From: Scenedesmus sp. PABB004
Lineage: Eukaryota
Length of the DNA stretch: 64,000 nucleotides
Reading direction: 5' to 3'
Assembly: GCA_014905635.1 (NCBI GenBank)
Contig: JABVCE010000023.1
Coordinates: 310,001 to 374,000, forward strand
Below the pieces are notes generated by a model. It did not search any database and was not told the origin of the DNA. It saw nothing but the letters and a program-made list of their open reading frames with translations. The position numbers and the translations under genes were made by a program. Position 1 is the stretch's first letter. Each line of letters starts with the position of its first letter. Positions 47,201 through 59,974 of this stretch are shown piece by piece.

Positions 47201-50200
47201 CACTCGACCCGCCCGCCACGCGCGGCGCGCAGCGCCTCCACGCGCGCCTGCGGGGCCAGCGAGCGCGCAGCGCCGTGAGCGGGGCGGCCGCCGCCGGTCG
47301 CTGCCCCCCCCCCCCCCCCCGGCGTAGGGGGTGGCCGCGCACCTTGACAATGGCGGTCTTGCCCACGCCGCCGCCGCCCACGAGCAGCGCGGGCCGGCCT
47401 GCCGCCATGGCCGCCTGCAGCAGCGTGCCGTAGCGCACGGTGTCGGCGGTCGGCACCATGATGTCGTGGCTGGGCTCGGCCGGCCGGAAGGTGAACGCCG
47501 GCACGCGGCGCTCCCAGGGCACGAAGCACACCGACGACCTGCCGGCGGGCGCGGCATGCCCGGCGGTGGTGCCGTTGCGCGGCGGTGCCAGCACCGCGTC
47601 ACGCCCGGCCGCGCGGCGCGGGGCCGCAAGGGCGCGGCGCGCACCCGTCTGGGGCCGGGTCCAGGCAGTAGTCAAACACGCTGCCGGCGCCGGCCGGGAA
47701 GTTGGCGATGCCGTCAAACGCGGCCCGCACCGCGCCGTCCCAGCCGTCCCAGCAGCCCGCCGCCAGGCCGCCGCCGACGCCCCAGACCGCCGCGTGGGCA
47801 AAGACGTACTGCAGCAGCACGCGCTGGCGCTCGTCCAGGGCGGGGTCAAACAGCCCCGCGCCCCTGCGCGCGCGCCCGCGGGCGTCAGCGGCAGCGGCAG
47901 CGGCGGCGAGCCTCGGCCGAGGGCTGCGCGCATGCCGGCGCACCTCAGCGCGTCCGCCTGCGACTCGAACAGCGTCGTCACTGCCGCGAGCTGCGCGACG
48001 GGCACCGCCGGCAGCAGCGTCGTGCCGCGCTCCGCCACCCACTCCAGCAGGGGCGGCACGTGTGCCTCAAACAGACCCCAAAAGAAGTCGCGCACGTGCG
48101 CGAGCGCCTCGGGGCACTGCACAGGCAGCTGTTGCTGCGTGCTGCCTCCGACGCTGGCCGGCTCAAGCCCCACCGCCACCTCGGGCGCCAGGCTCGGCCC
48201 TGGCGCCGCCGCCGCTGCGCTGCCATCCCCGTCGGCTGCAGCGCCCGCCGCGCGCGCGAGCAGGCGGTCCAGCCAGGAGCGGACGAACGGGCGCCACCCG
48301 ACTGTGTGGGCCGGCACGTAGACCATCCCACACCTACGGTCACGCCCGCGGCGCTCAGCGTCTGCGCGGCGCGCGCCGCCCGCTGCCCCCCGCGCCCGCG
48401 CGCCGCCGCCGCGCCTGCTGACGGTCGCGGGCGAGGCGTGGGCCAGGTCCTCCACCTCGAACAGCACCCTCAGCCGCCGCCCGTCCAGCTTGATGCGCTC
48501 GCCGTTGGGCAGACAGAGCATGCGGTTGTCATCGAGCACTGCCCGGCGGCAGGCGTGGGCGGCCACGCCGCGGCGGTCAGCGACGCCGACGGCGCGGCGC
48601 GGGCGCGCGGTGGCCCCCGCGTCGCCGCGTCCCGCGACCCCCGCGTCCCCGCGTCCCGCGCGCACCGGTGTTGAGGTTTTCCACCCACAGCGAGTCCACG
48701 GGGCCGTCGCAGACGAGCCAGTGCACGTCGGGGGACACGTCCGCGACCGCGCCGCGCACGAGGCGCGGCAGCAGGCCGTCGGCCCAGTCGTGCGTGACGG
48801 CGCTGTACGCGCCAAAGAGCTGCGCGAGGGTGATGCTCTTGGGGTTGAGCACGTGCTCGTGCACACTATACCCTGGCATGCCGCCGCCGTCAGCGGCTTG
48901 GTTGGGTGCGCCGCCCGGCGCCGCGGCCCGCCCGAGCGCGGTCTCCGCGGCGCGCAGGCAGCTGCGGCACGCGCTCTTGCCGCCGCCTGCGCGCGCCGCG
49001 GCGGCCGGGGCGGGGTGGGGCCGGGCGCGCCGCCGCCGCCGCATAGCGCGCCGCGGCCGGCGCGGGGCCGCACCCGGCGGGCCGACCAGCATCACGCCGA
49101 AGCGCGCGCCCAGCGTGTCGTGCAGCTCCACCGCCTTGCCCAGGAGCGCGGGGTGCGCCTGCAGGCCCAGCGCGCCCGCCGCGCCAGCGAGCGCGGCGCG
49201 CAGGCCCGCCTGGTCGCGGCGCGGCGGCTGCGCGCCGGGGAAGAGGTCGCCCAGGATGGCCTCGAACAGCGCCGCGTCCTCGCTCAGCAGCTTGGGCAGG
49301 TTTGCGCCGCGCAGCGCGTCGAGAATGACGTGTTCCTCAGCCGCGCCGCGCGCGCCGCGCCGCGCCTCGCCCGCCATGGCCAGCACCGCCTTGAGCGCGC
49401 GCATGCCAAAGTCGTAGTGCGCCTGCTGCGAGAGCTGCTCGCCCGCGAGGCCGTAGGCCGCGACCACCTTGCGCGCCAGCCACGGCGCGGCGGTGAAGCC
49501 CTCGGCGAAGAGCAGCACCTCGGCGATGAGCGCGTGGTCGGGCAGCATCATCGCGACCGGGCGCAGCAGCACGCGCAGGTTGTCGGGCAGGTCGTGCCGC
49601 CCGCCGTACGCGCCGCCGCCGGGGTTCATCGTCACAAACACCCCCGCGCCGCGCTGCAGCGGCATCTCGCGCCCCTCGAACAGCAGACGGCCGAGCCCGC
49701 CCCGCAGCGCCGCCTGCAGCGCCGACAGCTGCTGCGCGACGACGCTCAGCACCTGCGCGGCCGGCCCCGTGGCGGCGTCGGCGGCGGCGGCGCGGGTGTG
49801 GGCGCCGCCCCCGCGCGCATGGGGCGCAGAGCGCGAGTGCGCCGCCCGCCATGCCCGCCGCCGCGCGCTTGCGCGTCCGCACCTCGAGCTCGAGGCGGTT
49901 GAACTCGTCCAGGCAGGCCCACGCGCCGCACTGGGCAAGGCCGGAGAAGACCCTGGCCGTGAACTGCCGGGCGGGGCGGCCAGGCGGGCGGCAACGCAGC
50001 GCGTGAGCCGCGCGAGCGCCGGGGCCTGAGCTGGGGGCGGCGCACGCGCGGCGGGCGGCGTGCGCGCGTCAAGGCGCACCCGGTGGTCGAGCCCCTCGCC
50101 GCAGTTGAAGACCACGCACTGCACGCCCAGCGCCTTGCCCAGGTCCTTCACGGTCTCGGTCTTGCCCGTGCCTGGCGGCGCGCGGCGGGTCGGGGCGCGG

Positions 50201-53200
50201 GCCCCCCGGGGCGCGGCCGCCGCCGGCGGCAGCGCCGCGCGCGGCGCCCCCCCCCCCCCCCCCGCGCGCGCGCACCCGCCGGCCCCGCCGGCGCGCCGCC
50301 GAGGCGCATGTGCAGCGCGCCGGTGAGCGTGACAAACGCGCGCTCCGTCACGGGCGTGATGACGAGGCGCGGCGCGGCGCCGAGGTACTCGTAGCCGTAG
50401 TCAAACCTGGCGGCGCCGGGCCGTAGGGTTTAGGCGGCAGCGGCGGCGGCGGCGGGGGCAGCGGCGGCGGTGATCAGCCGACCCTCGGCCCGCGGCGGCG
50501 CGGGAGCGGCTGTGCGTTTGCCCCCTGGCTGCCGGCGCGGCGGCAGCGCGCGCGCGTGCACACACGCACCTCGCTGAGAGCTGGCGCACGTGCACGGTGT
50601 CGGCGTCGGCGTCGTACTCGAATCGCAGCTGCAGCTGCCAGTCAAACTCGGAGGCGGCCGCCACGCGCGCGGCCATGAGCGCGGCGACGACGTCGCGCGC
50701 GTGCACGTCCGACGTGATGAGCCCGACCACCGACTGCGCACGCGGCCAGCCGGCCGGCCGGCGGCGGCGGCGGCGGCGGGGTTTGAGAGCTCTCGCGCGG
50801 CGCGGGAGCGTGGCGAGCGGGCCGCAGCGGCAGCGCAGCTGGCAGCCCCGCCCCGCGCGGGAGCCCACCTTGCGCTCCAGGTCGGTCAGCGGCCCGCGCA
50901 CGAGCTCCGTCAGCTCCTCCAGCTGCACCACGCAGCGCGCCGCGAGCGCCTGCAGCTGCGCCGCGGCGCCGGCGCCGCCGGGCGCGCCCGGCGCGCCGCC
51001 GCCCAGCGCCGCCTCGACCGCGGCGCACCAGTGGACGTTTGCGGCCAGCACTGCGAGCTGTGCGGGCTGCGCGAGCGCCCACCCGGCGCGCCCCGCGGCG
51101 CCGTAGTCGTGCAGGGCGCGCTTCGTGGCGGCCCTGAGCGTCAGCCGCATGTTGGCCTCCACGCTCGCCAGCCAGCTCTCCACCAGGCCCCGCGCCTGCG
51201 CGCGTGCGTGCGCGGGCGGCGCGGCTGCGTGCGCCGGGGCGGCGGCGCACGGCGGCCCGCCGGCGCGCCCCGCCATGGCCGGCGCGCCCGGCCGGCGCAC
51301 CTTGACGGGCCGGCTGAACGGCACGCGCTCGCCCTCCGCCGAGAGCATCGCGACGACGTCGTGCGGCGCCGCGGGCGCGCCGCCGGGCGGGTCGCCGAGC
51401 TCGAGGCGCGCGAGGCCGTCGAAGCACTTTGGCAGGTGGGGCTGCACCGCGGCGGGCGCCTTGGCCTGGCGCAGGATGTCGAGGAGCTCCTGGTTTGACA
51501 GGAAGTAGAAGCTGCGGGCGGCGCCAGACACACACACGGGTGGTGGTGGTGGTGGTGGTGGTGGTGTTGGTGGTGGTGGTGGTGGTGGTGGTGTGTGTAT
51601 GTGGGGGGGGGGGGGTGTTGAGAGGGGACGGGGGACGGGACGGCTCGGCGGCCCCCTGCTGGCGAGGCCGCCGCCGGCACGGCCGCTCGCGGCGCGTGGG
51701 CGCACAGAGAGCACACACGCACCGCGGCCACGCGGCGCGCTTGCTGTCCAGGTAGTCCTCCAGGCCCTTTGCCACCGCCTCCAGCGTGCCCGCGCACGCG
51801 GTCAGCGCCTCCAGCCGCCCGGGCGTGGTGCCGCACTGCGCACGCACGCGCGGCGCGGCCGCTCGGGCTGTGCTGCCCGCGCGCTGCGCGCGGCGCAGCC
51901 GGCGGCGCGCTCGCGCTCGGCGCGGCGCGGCGCCTCGCTCTCAGCCCGGCGCGGCGCGCCTGCAGGGCGTGTGGTCGGTCGTGCGCGGCGCGCATGACGT
52001 CTTTGAAGGTGCGGTCGACGCCGGCAAACGCGGCCGCCTCGCCGGGGAGCTGGCGCGTGATGTCGGGCGCCGACAGGACCGGCTCGAGCGACAGCCAGCC
52101 CGCCTGCACCGCCAGCCAGGCCTCCAGCGTCGCGCTGAAGAGGCGCAGCTGGCGGTCGAGGCGGTCCACCTCCGGCCTGGCGGCGTGGCGCGGGGGCAGC
52201 GCGGGCGGCAGCGCGGGCGGCAGCGCGGGGGCAGCGCGGGGGCAGCGTGGGCGGCAGCGCGGGGGTAGCGCGGGCGGCAGCGTGGGCGGCAGCGCGGGGG
52301 CAGCGTGGGCGGGGCGGGGGCCGCCGCGGCGGTGCGCGCGTGGGGCGGCACAGCGCGCAGCGCGCAGCACGCAGGGCATGGCGCGGTCGCGCGGCGCACT
52401 TGATGCCGCCGACGTAGCGCGAGGAGGCGATCGTGGCCAGCGTGATGCGGCTGTCCTCAGCGACCTGGCCGCGCGGGCGCGCGCGGCGCGCGCGGGCACG
52501 CGCGGGCGCGCAGGGCGGCGGCGGCCGGGCGCGCGCTCTGCGGAGGGCGCCCGCGCGGCGCGGGGGCGCGCGCCGGGCGGGCCGGCCACCGCTGAGCACA
52601 CGTGCTGCAGGTGCCGCAGGTCGCACACACACCTGCAGCACGTCATCCACCTCGCCCAGGATGAAGGTGTCCTTGAGCCCCCTGAACTGCCGCACGCTGA
52701 GCTCCACGCCGCGCCACTTGTCCGCGACCTGCGCCAGCAGCGCCTCGAGCGCCGCCTCCTGCGTGGCCTCGTTGCTGATGGCGGCGATTCGCTCGGTGTG
52801 GTCCAACACCTGGCGGCGGTCGTGCAGGGGGGGGGGGATCAGGCGCACTCGCGGCGCCCCGCCCCTCCCAACAGGCCAGGCGGCAGCGCTGGCCCGCCCA
52901 CCTGCATGTCCAGCAGCGTGGCGACGCTGGTCGCAGCGCCCGGCGATCGGTCGACGTGGCGGCCCAGCAGGTCCGCGACCGCCGCCCAGTGGCGCTCGCG
53001 CAGCTGCGGGTTGTGCAGGTGCATCACGGGGCCCAGCATGGCCTGCGCGCGCCAGGCGGACGAGGAGGAGCCAGGGTGGGTGAGCGACGTGGGCGGGCGC
53101 CAGGGGCAGGGGCGGCTGCCTCGGACGCGCGGCGGCCGGCGGCGCAGCCAGCCGGCGGCGCGCCTGCCACTGCGCGACGCTCTCGCGCAGGCGCGGCACC

Positions 53201-56200
53201 AGCGCGTTGGGCGGCAGCCCGCGCTCCAAGCGGTGCGCCTGGCGGCTGAGCCGGTCGACCTGCGGCGGGCGGGCGGGCGCGCGGCGCGGCGCGCGGCTCG
53301 CGCGCGGCTCGCGCGCGGCTGCGGTGGCGGGGCTGCCGCCGCACGCCTGCCGTGTGCCCCAGCGCCGCACCGTGTCCTGCATGGCCAGCACGTCCAGCTC
53401 GAAGAACGGCGCGGCCAGCCAGTCGGCCGTGGCGGCCGCCCAGTCGCGCTGCGCGGACCAGAGCAGGTGCTTGAGCTCGACGTCCTCCGCCAGCGCTTCC
53501 AGCTCGGCGAGCGCGAGCGGCGCGCCGCCGCAGCGCACGGCGAGCCCGCTGATGCGTGCCGCGGTCGCCTGGTGCGCGGCGACCTGCGCCATCAGCGCGC
53601 CCGTGGCGGCGATGACGGCGTCAACGTCGGCCGCCTCCCGCAGCAGGCCCTCGTCCTGCTCCGCCAGGCGCAGCGCCGACACCTCCCTGGCCAGCGCGTC
53701 GCCCTGCGCCTGCAGCTGCGAGAGGAACGCGGCCGCGTGCCGGTCGCGCGCCGCGTCGGCCGCCCACGCCGCGTCGCGCAGCGCGGCGTAGTCCAGCTCC
53801 ACGCAGCGCGCCGCCGCGACCTCCTCCTCGGGCGCGGGGACGCCAAACTCGGCCAGCAGGTCGTAGTGCGCCGACACCTGGCGCGACGCGGCGGCGGCGG
53901 CGGCAGGCTTTCAGCCCGGAGCACACCCCGCCCGCCCGCCCGCCCCGCGTCGGGCGCACCGCATCAAACTCTGCGTCCAGGCCCGGCCGCGCCGCCTCGA
54001 CCTCGGCAAGCAGCGATACGTGCGCCACAAACTCGTCGGGGCTGCCCGGCGGCGCGGCGATCGCCTCGCGCAGGCCCCGCACGCGGGCGACAAAGCGCGT
54101 GCACGCGCCCGCCGCCAGGCGCGGCAGCAGGCGCGCCAGCTCCTCCAGGCAGCGCGCCGGCGACGGCCGCAGCGCCGCGGCGAGCTGGCCCAGGCCCACC
54201 TCCAGAACGCCCACCGACCTGCGGGCGTGCGCGGCGGCGGCGGCGGCGGCGGCGGTGAGGCGCGCCCGCGCGACGGCCAGGCGCCCAGCCGCACGGCGGG
54301 GCTGACATTGTGGGCGGGATGGCCTCGACGTCCGCGAGCTGCTGCCGGCTCGACACCAGCAGCCCGCGCAGGCCCTCCAGCCCCAGCCGCCCCGCCGCCA
54401 CGTCGGCCGCCACCGCGTCGGCGCTGAAGCCCCGGCTGGCGGCGACCATGGCCCTGAAGCGCTCAAAGCCACCGGCGCACCGCTCGGCGGCCGCCAGGCC
54501 GCGCGCGAGCGCAGACGCGAGCGCGTCGCCGGCGGCCTCAAAGTCGGCGCCCAGCAGGGACGGCAGCCGGCCCTCGGCAGCGCCGCGGCCGCCGTCGGGC
54601 GGCGCCTCGATGAGGCCGCGCAGCGCTGGGTGCGCCGTCAGGCACGGCACGCCCCGCGCCAGCGCGACGACGCCGCGCAGCCAGGCGGCCAGCGCGTCGT
54701 CAAATGCGCGCGGCGCCGGCGACAGCAGCAGCGCATCGCGCCGCGGCTCCAGCAGCACCTCCAGCTGCAGCACCGCGTGCGCGCCGCTCGCGCCGCCGGC
54801 GGGCGCCGCCGCCGGCTCGGCCGCGCCCGTGCCCGCGCCGCCGCCGGCGGGCGCGCAGCCGCTGAGCGCGGCGTGCATCACGCGCAGGGAGCCCGCCACT
54901 GCGCTGTGCACCGCGTCTGCCAGCATGCAGTCCAGCAGCCCCACAAAGGCCGCCAGGCGCCGCCGCTCGCTGCGCTTCGCGGCCTGCATCGTGAAGGAGT
55001 CGGTGCCTGGGCGGATCGCCCCGCCGCCGCCGCCGGCCGCGGCCGCGCCGGCCCGGCGCGCCGGCGTGGCCGCGCGGGCGTCTGCATCGCTGGCGGCGGA
55101 CGTGCGGCGCAGGCTGCGCCGCGGGCGCACGGCGGTGGCGGCGGCGCGGCGTCAGCGTGTGCGCAGATGCGGTGCTGCGTGTGCGGTGCCTCGCTGGGGC
55201 CGCGCGTCTCGGCGGCGCACCTCGCCAGCGCCGCGTCAGGGCCGGCCGCCGGCGCTGCACCGACGAGCTGCTGCTCCAGCGCCGCCACCGCGCCCTCGCA
55301 CGCCGCCGTGGCCGTGGCAACGACGCGGGCGGCCACGCCCACGAGCTGCTCCTGCGCCGCCGCGAGCCGCGCCGTGTGTGCCTCCGCAAAGCCCTCCAGG
55401 GTGGTCGGCCGGCCCGCCTCGAGGCAGCACAGCTGCTGGCCCTCCACCTCCAGGCACGCAGCCCTGCGCGCGCACGGCCGGCGGGGGCACGGCGGCGTGA
55501 CGCCGGCGGCGCGCCGCCGAGCGGCGGCGGCGCAGCACCCGCGGCGGCCCCCCACGCACCGCACGCTGCGCAGCGCGTCCGCCAGCACCGGCTGCAGCGC
55601 GAACAGCCCCGCCTGCAGGCGCGCCGCGCTGTCGCTGGTCCGGGCGCTGCGCACGGCCCTGCGCCAGACCGCCAGCGCCTTCCACCGCCTGCGCGGGCGG
55701 CGGCGGCCGGCGCGTGCGGGCGGCGCCGGCGAGGCGGGCGCCGCCGCGGCGGCGGGGCTGCGCCCCGGCGCGCTGCGCCCTCGCTCCGCCCGCCCGCCCG
55801 CCCGCCCGCCCGCCCGCCCGCCCGCCGCCCGCCCGCCCGCCCGCCCGCCGCCCGCCCGCCCGGCCCGCGCACGCACCTGAAGTTCCGGAACACCGGCAGC
55901 CGCACGAGCTGCGTGTGCAGCAGCCACTCGCGCTGGAATGTCTCGAGGCTCACAAACTCGGGCGGCGCGCCGTCGGCCGCGTACTCGGTCACGCCGGCGG
56001 GGCTCATCGTCAGGTGCCGGCCCGCCGCCGCCGCCTGCGCGTGGCTGCAGACCGCGAGGTCAAACGGCTCCGGCGGCACCGCGCCCAGCGCCGCGGGGCG
56101 GAGGTAGACAAACTCGGCCGCCTCCGGGTGCGCCCGCATCGACGACACCAGCGCCGCCAGCACCTCGGCGCGCGCGCCCGCCGCCCCGCCAGGCGCGCCG

Positions 56201-56783
56201 GGCGGCGGCGGCGGCGGCGCTACGGCGGCCGCGGGCGCCGCGGCGGCGGGCGCGGCGCTGCTGGCGATGCCGGCGAGCAGCGCCGCCGGCGGCCGCTGCT
56301 GCTCCCGCGCGCGGATCTCCCGGGGCTGGGACGCGTGCTGGAACAGCTGCTGTGGCGCGCGCCCCGCGGCCAGGCCGGCCTGCAGCAGCCGCTGCGGCTG
56401 CTGCGGCGCGGCCGGCGCGGCAGCGTGCGCGGGCTCGACCAGCGCCGGCGGCCGCGCCAGCCGCAGCGCGCCGGGGAGCAGCGCCGGCTGCTGCTGCTGC
56501 CCCTGCTGCCGCTGCTGCGTGACCAGCCGTGGCTGGCCATCGCCGTCTTGCGGGGGCGTCTGCGAGCGCGCAGCGCGCGGGTCGCGTGGGCGCTCCGGAG
56601 CGGCGCGCTGCCCGGCGGCTGGTGGAAGGGCCGCTCCCGGGCAGCGGCGCCACACAGGCTGGGCGGCGGCGCTCCGCCGGCCGGCCGCGGCGACAGCGCG
56701 GCAGCGCGCGCGTGCCGCCGCACCTTCGTGCGCTGCAGGTACAGCCCCCTGCGCAGCGCCGCGCCGTCCACGCCATCCGGCAT
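38216..56783 (-). CDS. Axonemal dynein heavy chain (single-headed inner-arm type, DNAH6/DNAH1-like), many exons; start uncertain
   Basis: P1 [37 protein letters not shown]2 [32 protein letters not shown]3 [10 protein letters not shown]4 [13 protein letters not shown], stalk/MTBD (VVEPKRQ), [42 protein letters not shown] and C-terminal [18 protein letters not shown]. Stop at 38216-38218. Confidence 0.93.
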
Positions 56784-57385
56784 GGCTGGGTGCTGCGGCT
56801 CACATGCTCTGCCGCAGGTCGCGGCCGCGGCGCGCGGCGCGGCGAGCTCGCTGACGACGGCGCCGCTGCTGCTGCTGTCGGGGCTGCGCGCGTTCCGAGC
56901 GTCCGCCGCGACCGCTGCGCGCACGACGCGCGACGATGGTGCTGCCGAGCACTGCTGCGGGTTCGCCAGGGGTCCGGGGTGGTGGGGCGCGCTTCGTTTG
57001 ACTGGCGGCGCCTCCTCTCACTGTGCGGACCCGCAAGCCGCCAGCGCCCGCCCGACGCGCAGTACTGACCGAGTCCTGGCCGCTCGGGGGGCCGCACCAC
57101 GTGCGGCGACCGCGCCGCCGCAGCGCCGTCCGCTCGCCTGCCCCGCTCGCGTGAATGACGCCGGGCGTCGTTCCGCGCCCTGCTGCCAGGTCCTCCCTGC
57201 CCGCCGGCGCCACATCCGTCCACCCCGCCGCCCCGCGCACGCGCTGCCGCAGCGCCCACCACACACCCAGCGCGCGCTGCCGCCGCCGTCCACACGCAGC
57301 GCCGCCGCCGGCCGTCGGCGCGACAGATCTGCCCGCCCGCCGTGCAGCCGCATCGCCAGCGCATCGTCCCCGGACGCGGCGGACA

Positions 57386-59227
57386 ATGCTGGCCAGCGGG
57401 CGAGCCACGGCGGCGGGCGCGATGCCGGGCAGCGGGTGCGCCCGGACGCTGCCCGCTGGCGGGCGCGCCGCGGCGCGCGCGCGCGCAGGGCCGACGCTGA
57501 CTGACTCGCCCGTGCCGCAGGCGCCGCGTGGGCGTCCTGGCGGGCGCGCGCGGCGCGGCGTGGCCACGCCCGGCAGGCCTGGCTCGCCACCACCACCAGG
57601 CGAGCGGCGGGGGCGGGCCGCCGTGCCGCGCGTCGGGCGCGCCTCACGGCTGCGGGCGCAATTGGCGGTCGCCCGCGCCGCACCGACGCCGCGGCCGCGC
57701 CGCCGCCGCTGCTCGCCCGCGCGCGCAGGCGCCGCCGCCGCAGCAGCAGCCGCATCTCGCGGCGCCGGCCCTGCCCGGCAGCAGCTGGAGCAGCAGCAGC
57801 AGCAGCAGTCTGAGCAGCAGCAGCTGCTGTAGCAGCAGCGGCAGCATCGGCAGCGGCGCCCCGCACCACCACCGCCCGGGCGCGCCGCAGGCGCGGCCGC
57901 AGCCGGCGCGGCGGCGCGCCGTCGCGGCGGGCGCGGCGTCGTCGTCGGCCGCGTTCCCCGGGCCCGACGGCTGGGCGGGCGAGCCCGGCGGCGGGCGGGG
58001 CGGCTTCCTGTCCGCGTTCTGGCGCTTCCTGCGCCCCCACACCATCCGCGGCACCATCCTCGGCACGAGCGCGGTCGTCGCCAAGGTGCTGTCGAGCAAC
58101 GCCGACGCCATCGACTGGGGCCTGCTCCCGCGCGCGCTGCTCGGCCTCGCCGCGCTGCTCGCGGGCAACGGCTACATCGTGGGCATCAACCAGATCTACG
58201 ACGTCGACATCGACGCCGTCAACAAGCCCTTCCTCCCCGTCGCGGCGGGTGCGCGGCGCGCGCGGCGGCGCCTGGCGGGCGGCGGCTGGGGGGGGGGGGG
58301 GGGGGGGGGGGGGGGGAGGGGGGGGGGCGACCCAGGGTGGCGTGCGGCGCGCGCCGCGCGGCGCCGAGCGAGGCGCGCCGCGTCCGCCCCACCAGCCCGC
58401 CCGCCGCCCCGCGCCCGCGCGCCGCGCGCCAGGCGACCTCTCGCCCGCCACGGCGTGGGTGCTCGTGCTCGGCCTCGCCGCGGGCGGGCTGTCGGTCGTG
58501 GCGGCCAACTTTGGCCCGCTCATCACGGGGCTCTACGCCTTTGGCCTGGCCCTGGGCACGGTGTACAGCGTGCCGCCGCTGCGGCTCAAGCGCTTCGCGG
58601 TGCCCGCGTTCCTCATCATCGCGACCGTGCGCGGCTTCCTGCTCAACTTTGGCGTCTACTACGCCACGCGCGCCGCGCTGCGCCTGCCGTTCGAGTGGAG
58701 CCCGCCCATCCTGTGCGCGCGCGGCCGCGCGCCGCGGCGGGCTGGGCGGCGGCCGCCCCCGGCGCGGCGCCGGCGCGCGGCGCGCGGCGCCGCGCCCACG
58801 CCCGCCGCCCGCCGCCCGCCGCGCGCCGCGTGCTGGCGCGGCTGCCGCGCGGCACAGGTTCATCACCGCGTTTGTGACGGTCTTTGCGACGGTCATTGCG
58901 ATCACCAAGGACCTGCCCGATGTGGAGGGTGACCGCGCGAACGACATCAGCACGTTTGCGACGCGCCTCGGCGTCAAAAACGTGTCCCTGCTCGGCGTCG
59001 GCATGCTGCTGGGCAACTACGTCATGGCCTGCGCCCTCGCGCTGCGCTTCTCGGCCGCGTTCAACGTCCCGCTCGTGCTCGCCGCGCACGGCGCGCTCGC
59101 GGGCGTGCTGCTGCTGCGCGCGGCCAAGCTGCACGCCGCGGGGTACACCCAGGCGGCGGTCAACTCGTTCTACCGCTGGATCTGGAACCTCTTCTACAGC
59201 GAGTACCTGCTCTTCCCCTTCCTCTGA
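57386..59227 (+). CDS. HST: Homogentisate solanesyltransferase (UbiA family; plastoquinone synthesis)
   Basis: Transit peptide, then [70 protein letters not shown] and [19 protein letters not shown]. Confidence 0.95.
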
Positions 59228-59974
59228 CACCCCACCAGGAGGGGCCGGAGCGGGGGAGCAGGCGCGCTCGACGGACGCGCGGCTGCTGTGGACGACCCGC
59301 GCGCGCGCGCGGCGCGGGCTCGGCAGCGCGCGGCGGCACGGGGTGCCGGGCGGTGGGGAGCGCGCCGGCGGCTGGCGAGGCTCGGAGAGCTGCGGCCGGC
59401 GGGCCGCCGCGCGCGTGCAACCCCGGCGCCGAAGGGGCCGGGCGTCGGGCGCGCGCGCTGTGCTGCCGGCGCGGCGGCAGCGCGCCGCTCGGCCCGCCGG
59501 CCCCGCCCGCCAGCGCTGCAGCGGCAGCTGTGAGCGGGCGATCCCGGGACGGCCACGGACCAGGGCTGCGCCATCGCACCGGGCCCTTCAACCGCCGGGC
59601 GCGCCTCCCCACTGCCCGCGCGCCGCCCCTGCCGCGTTCGCCCGCCGCGCGCCGGCGAGCAGTCCCAGGCACCGCGCGGGCACCAGGCGCACCGCGGGCC
59701 CCAGGCACGGGCAGCGTTTCCTGCAGCGGGCGGGCCGCGCGCACGCGCCTCGGGGGCGGGCCACGCGACCGCACCTGCACCATCGGGCTAGCCAGCGACC
59801 GGCCCGCTCAGCGGCGACGCGGGCGCGCCTCCGCGCCGGGCGGGCGGGCATCCCAGGCGCCTGCCAGCGCCTGCAGCAGCCCGCGCCGGGCCGCCCCGGG
59901 GCCAGGCGCCCGCCCCAGCTCGCGGCCAGGCGGCCGTGGGCGCGACACGGCCCGTGGGCGGGCCTCGCGCCACC

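Noticed and set aside
52190..52310. Tandem GGGCGGCAGCGC-like units (also 60400-60445, 55790-55860, 15043-15075) as a possible CRISPR or functional array
   Set aside because: These are short imperfect tandem minisatellites inside introns, with no unique spacers and no cas genes, in a eukaryotic context.
12434..59227. Photosynthesis gene cluster (LHCBM, PBCP-like, HST, GLYR)
   Set aside because: The genes are tens of kb apart and interspersed with unrelated housekeeping genes. Plastid-targeted genes are common enough for this to be chance.
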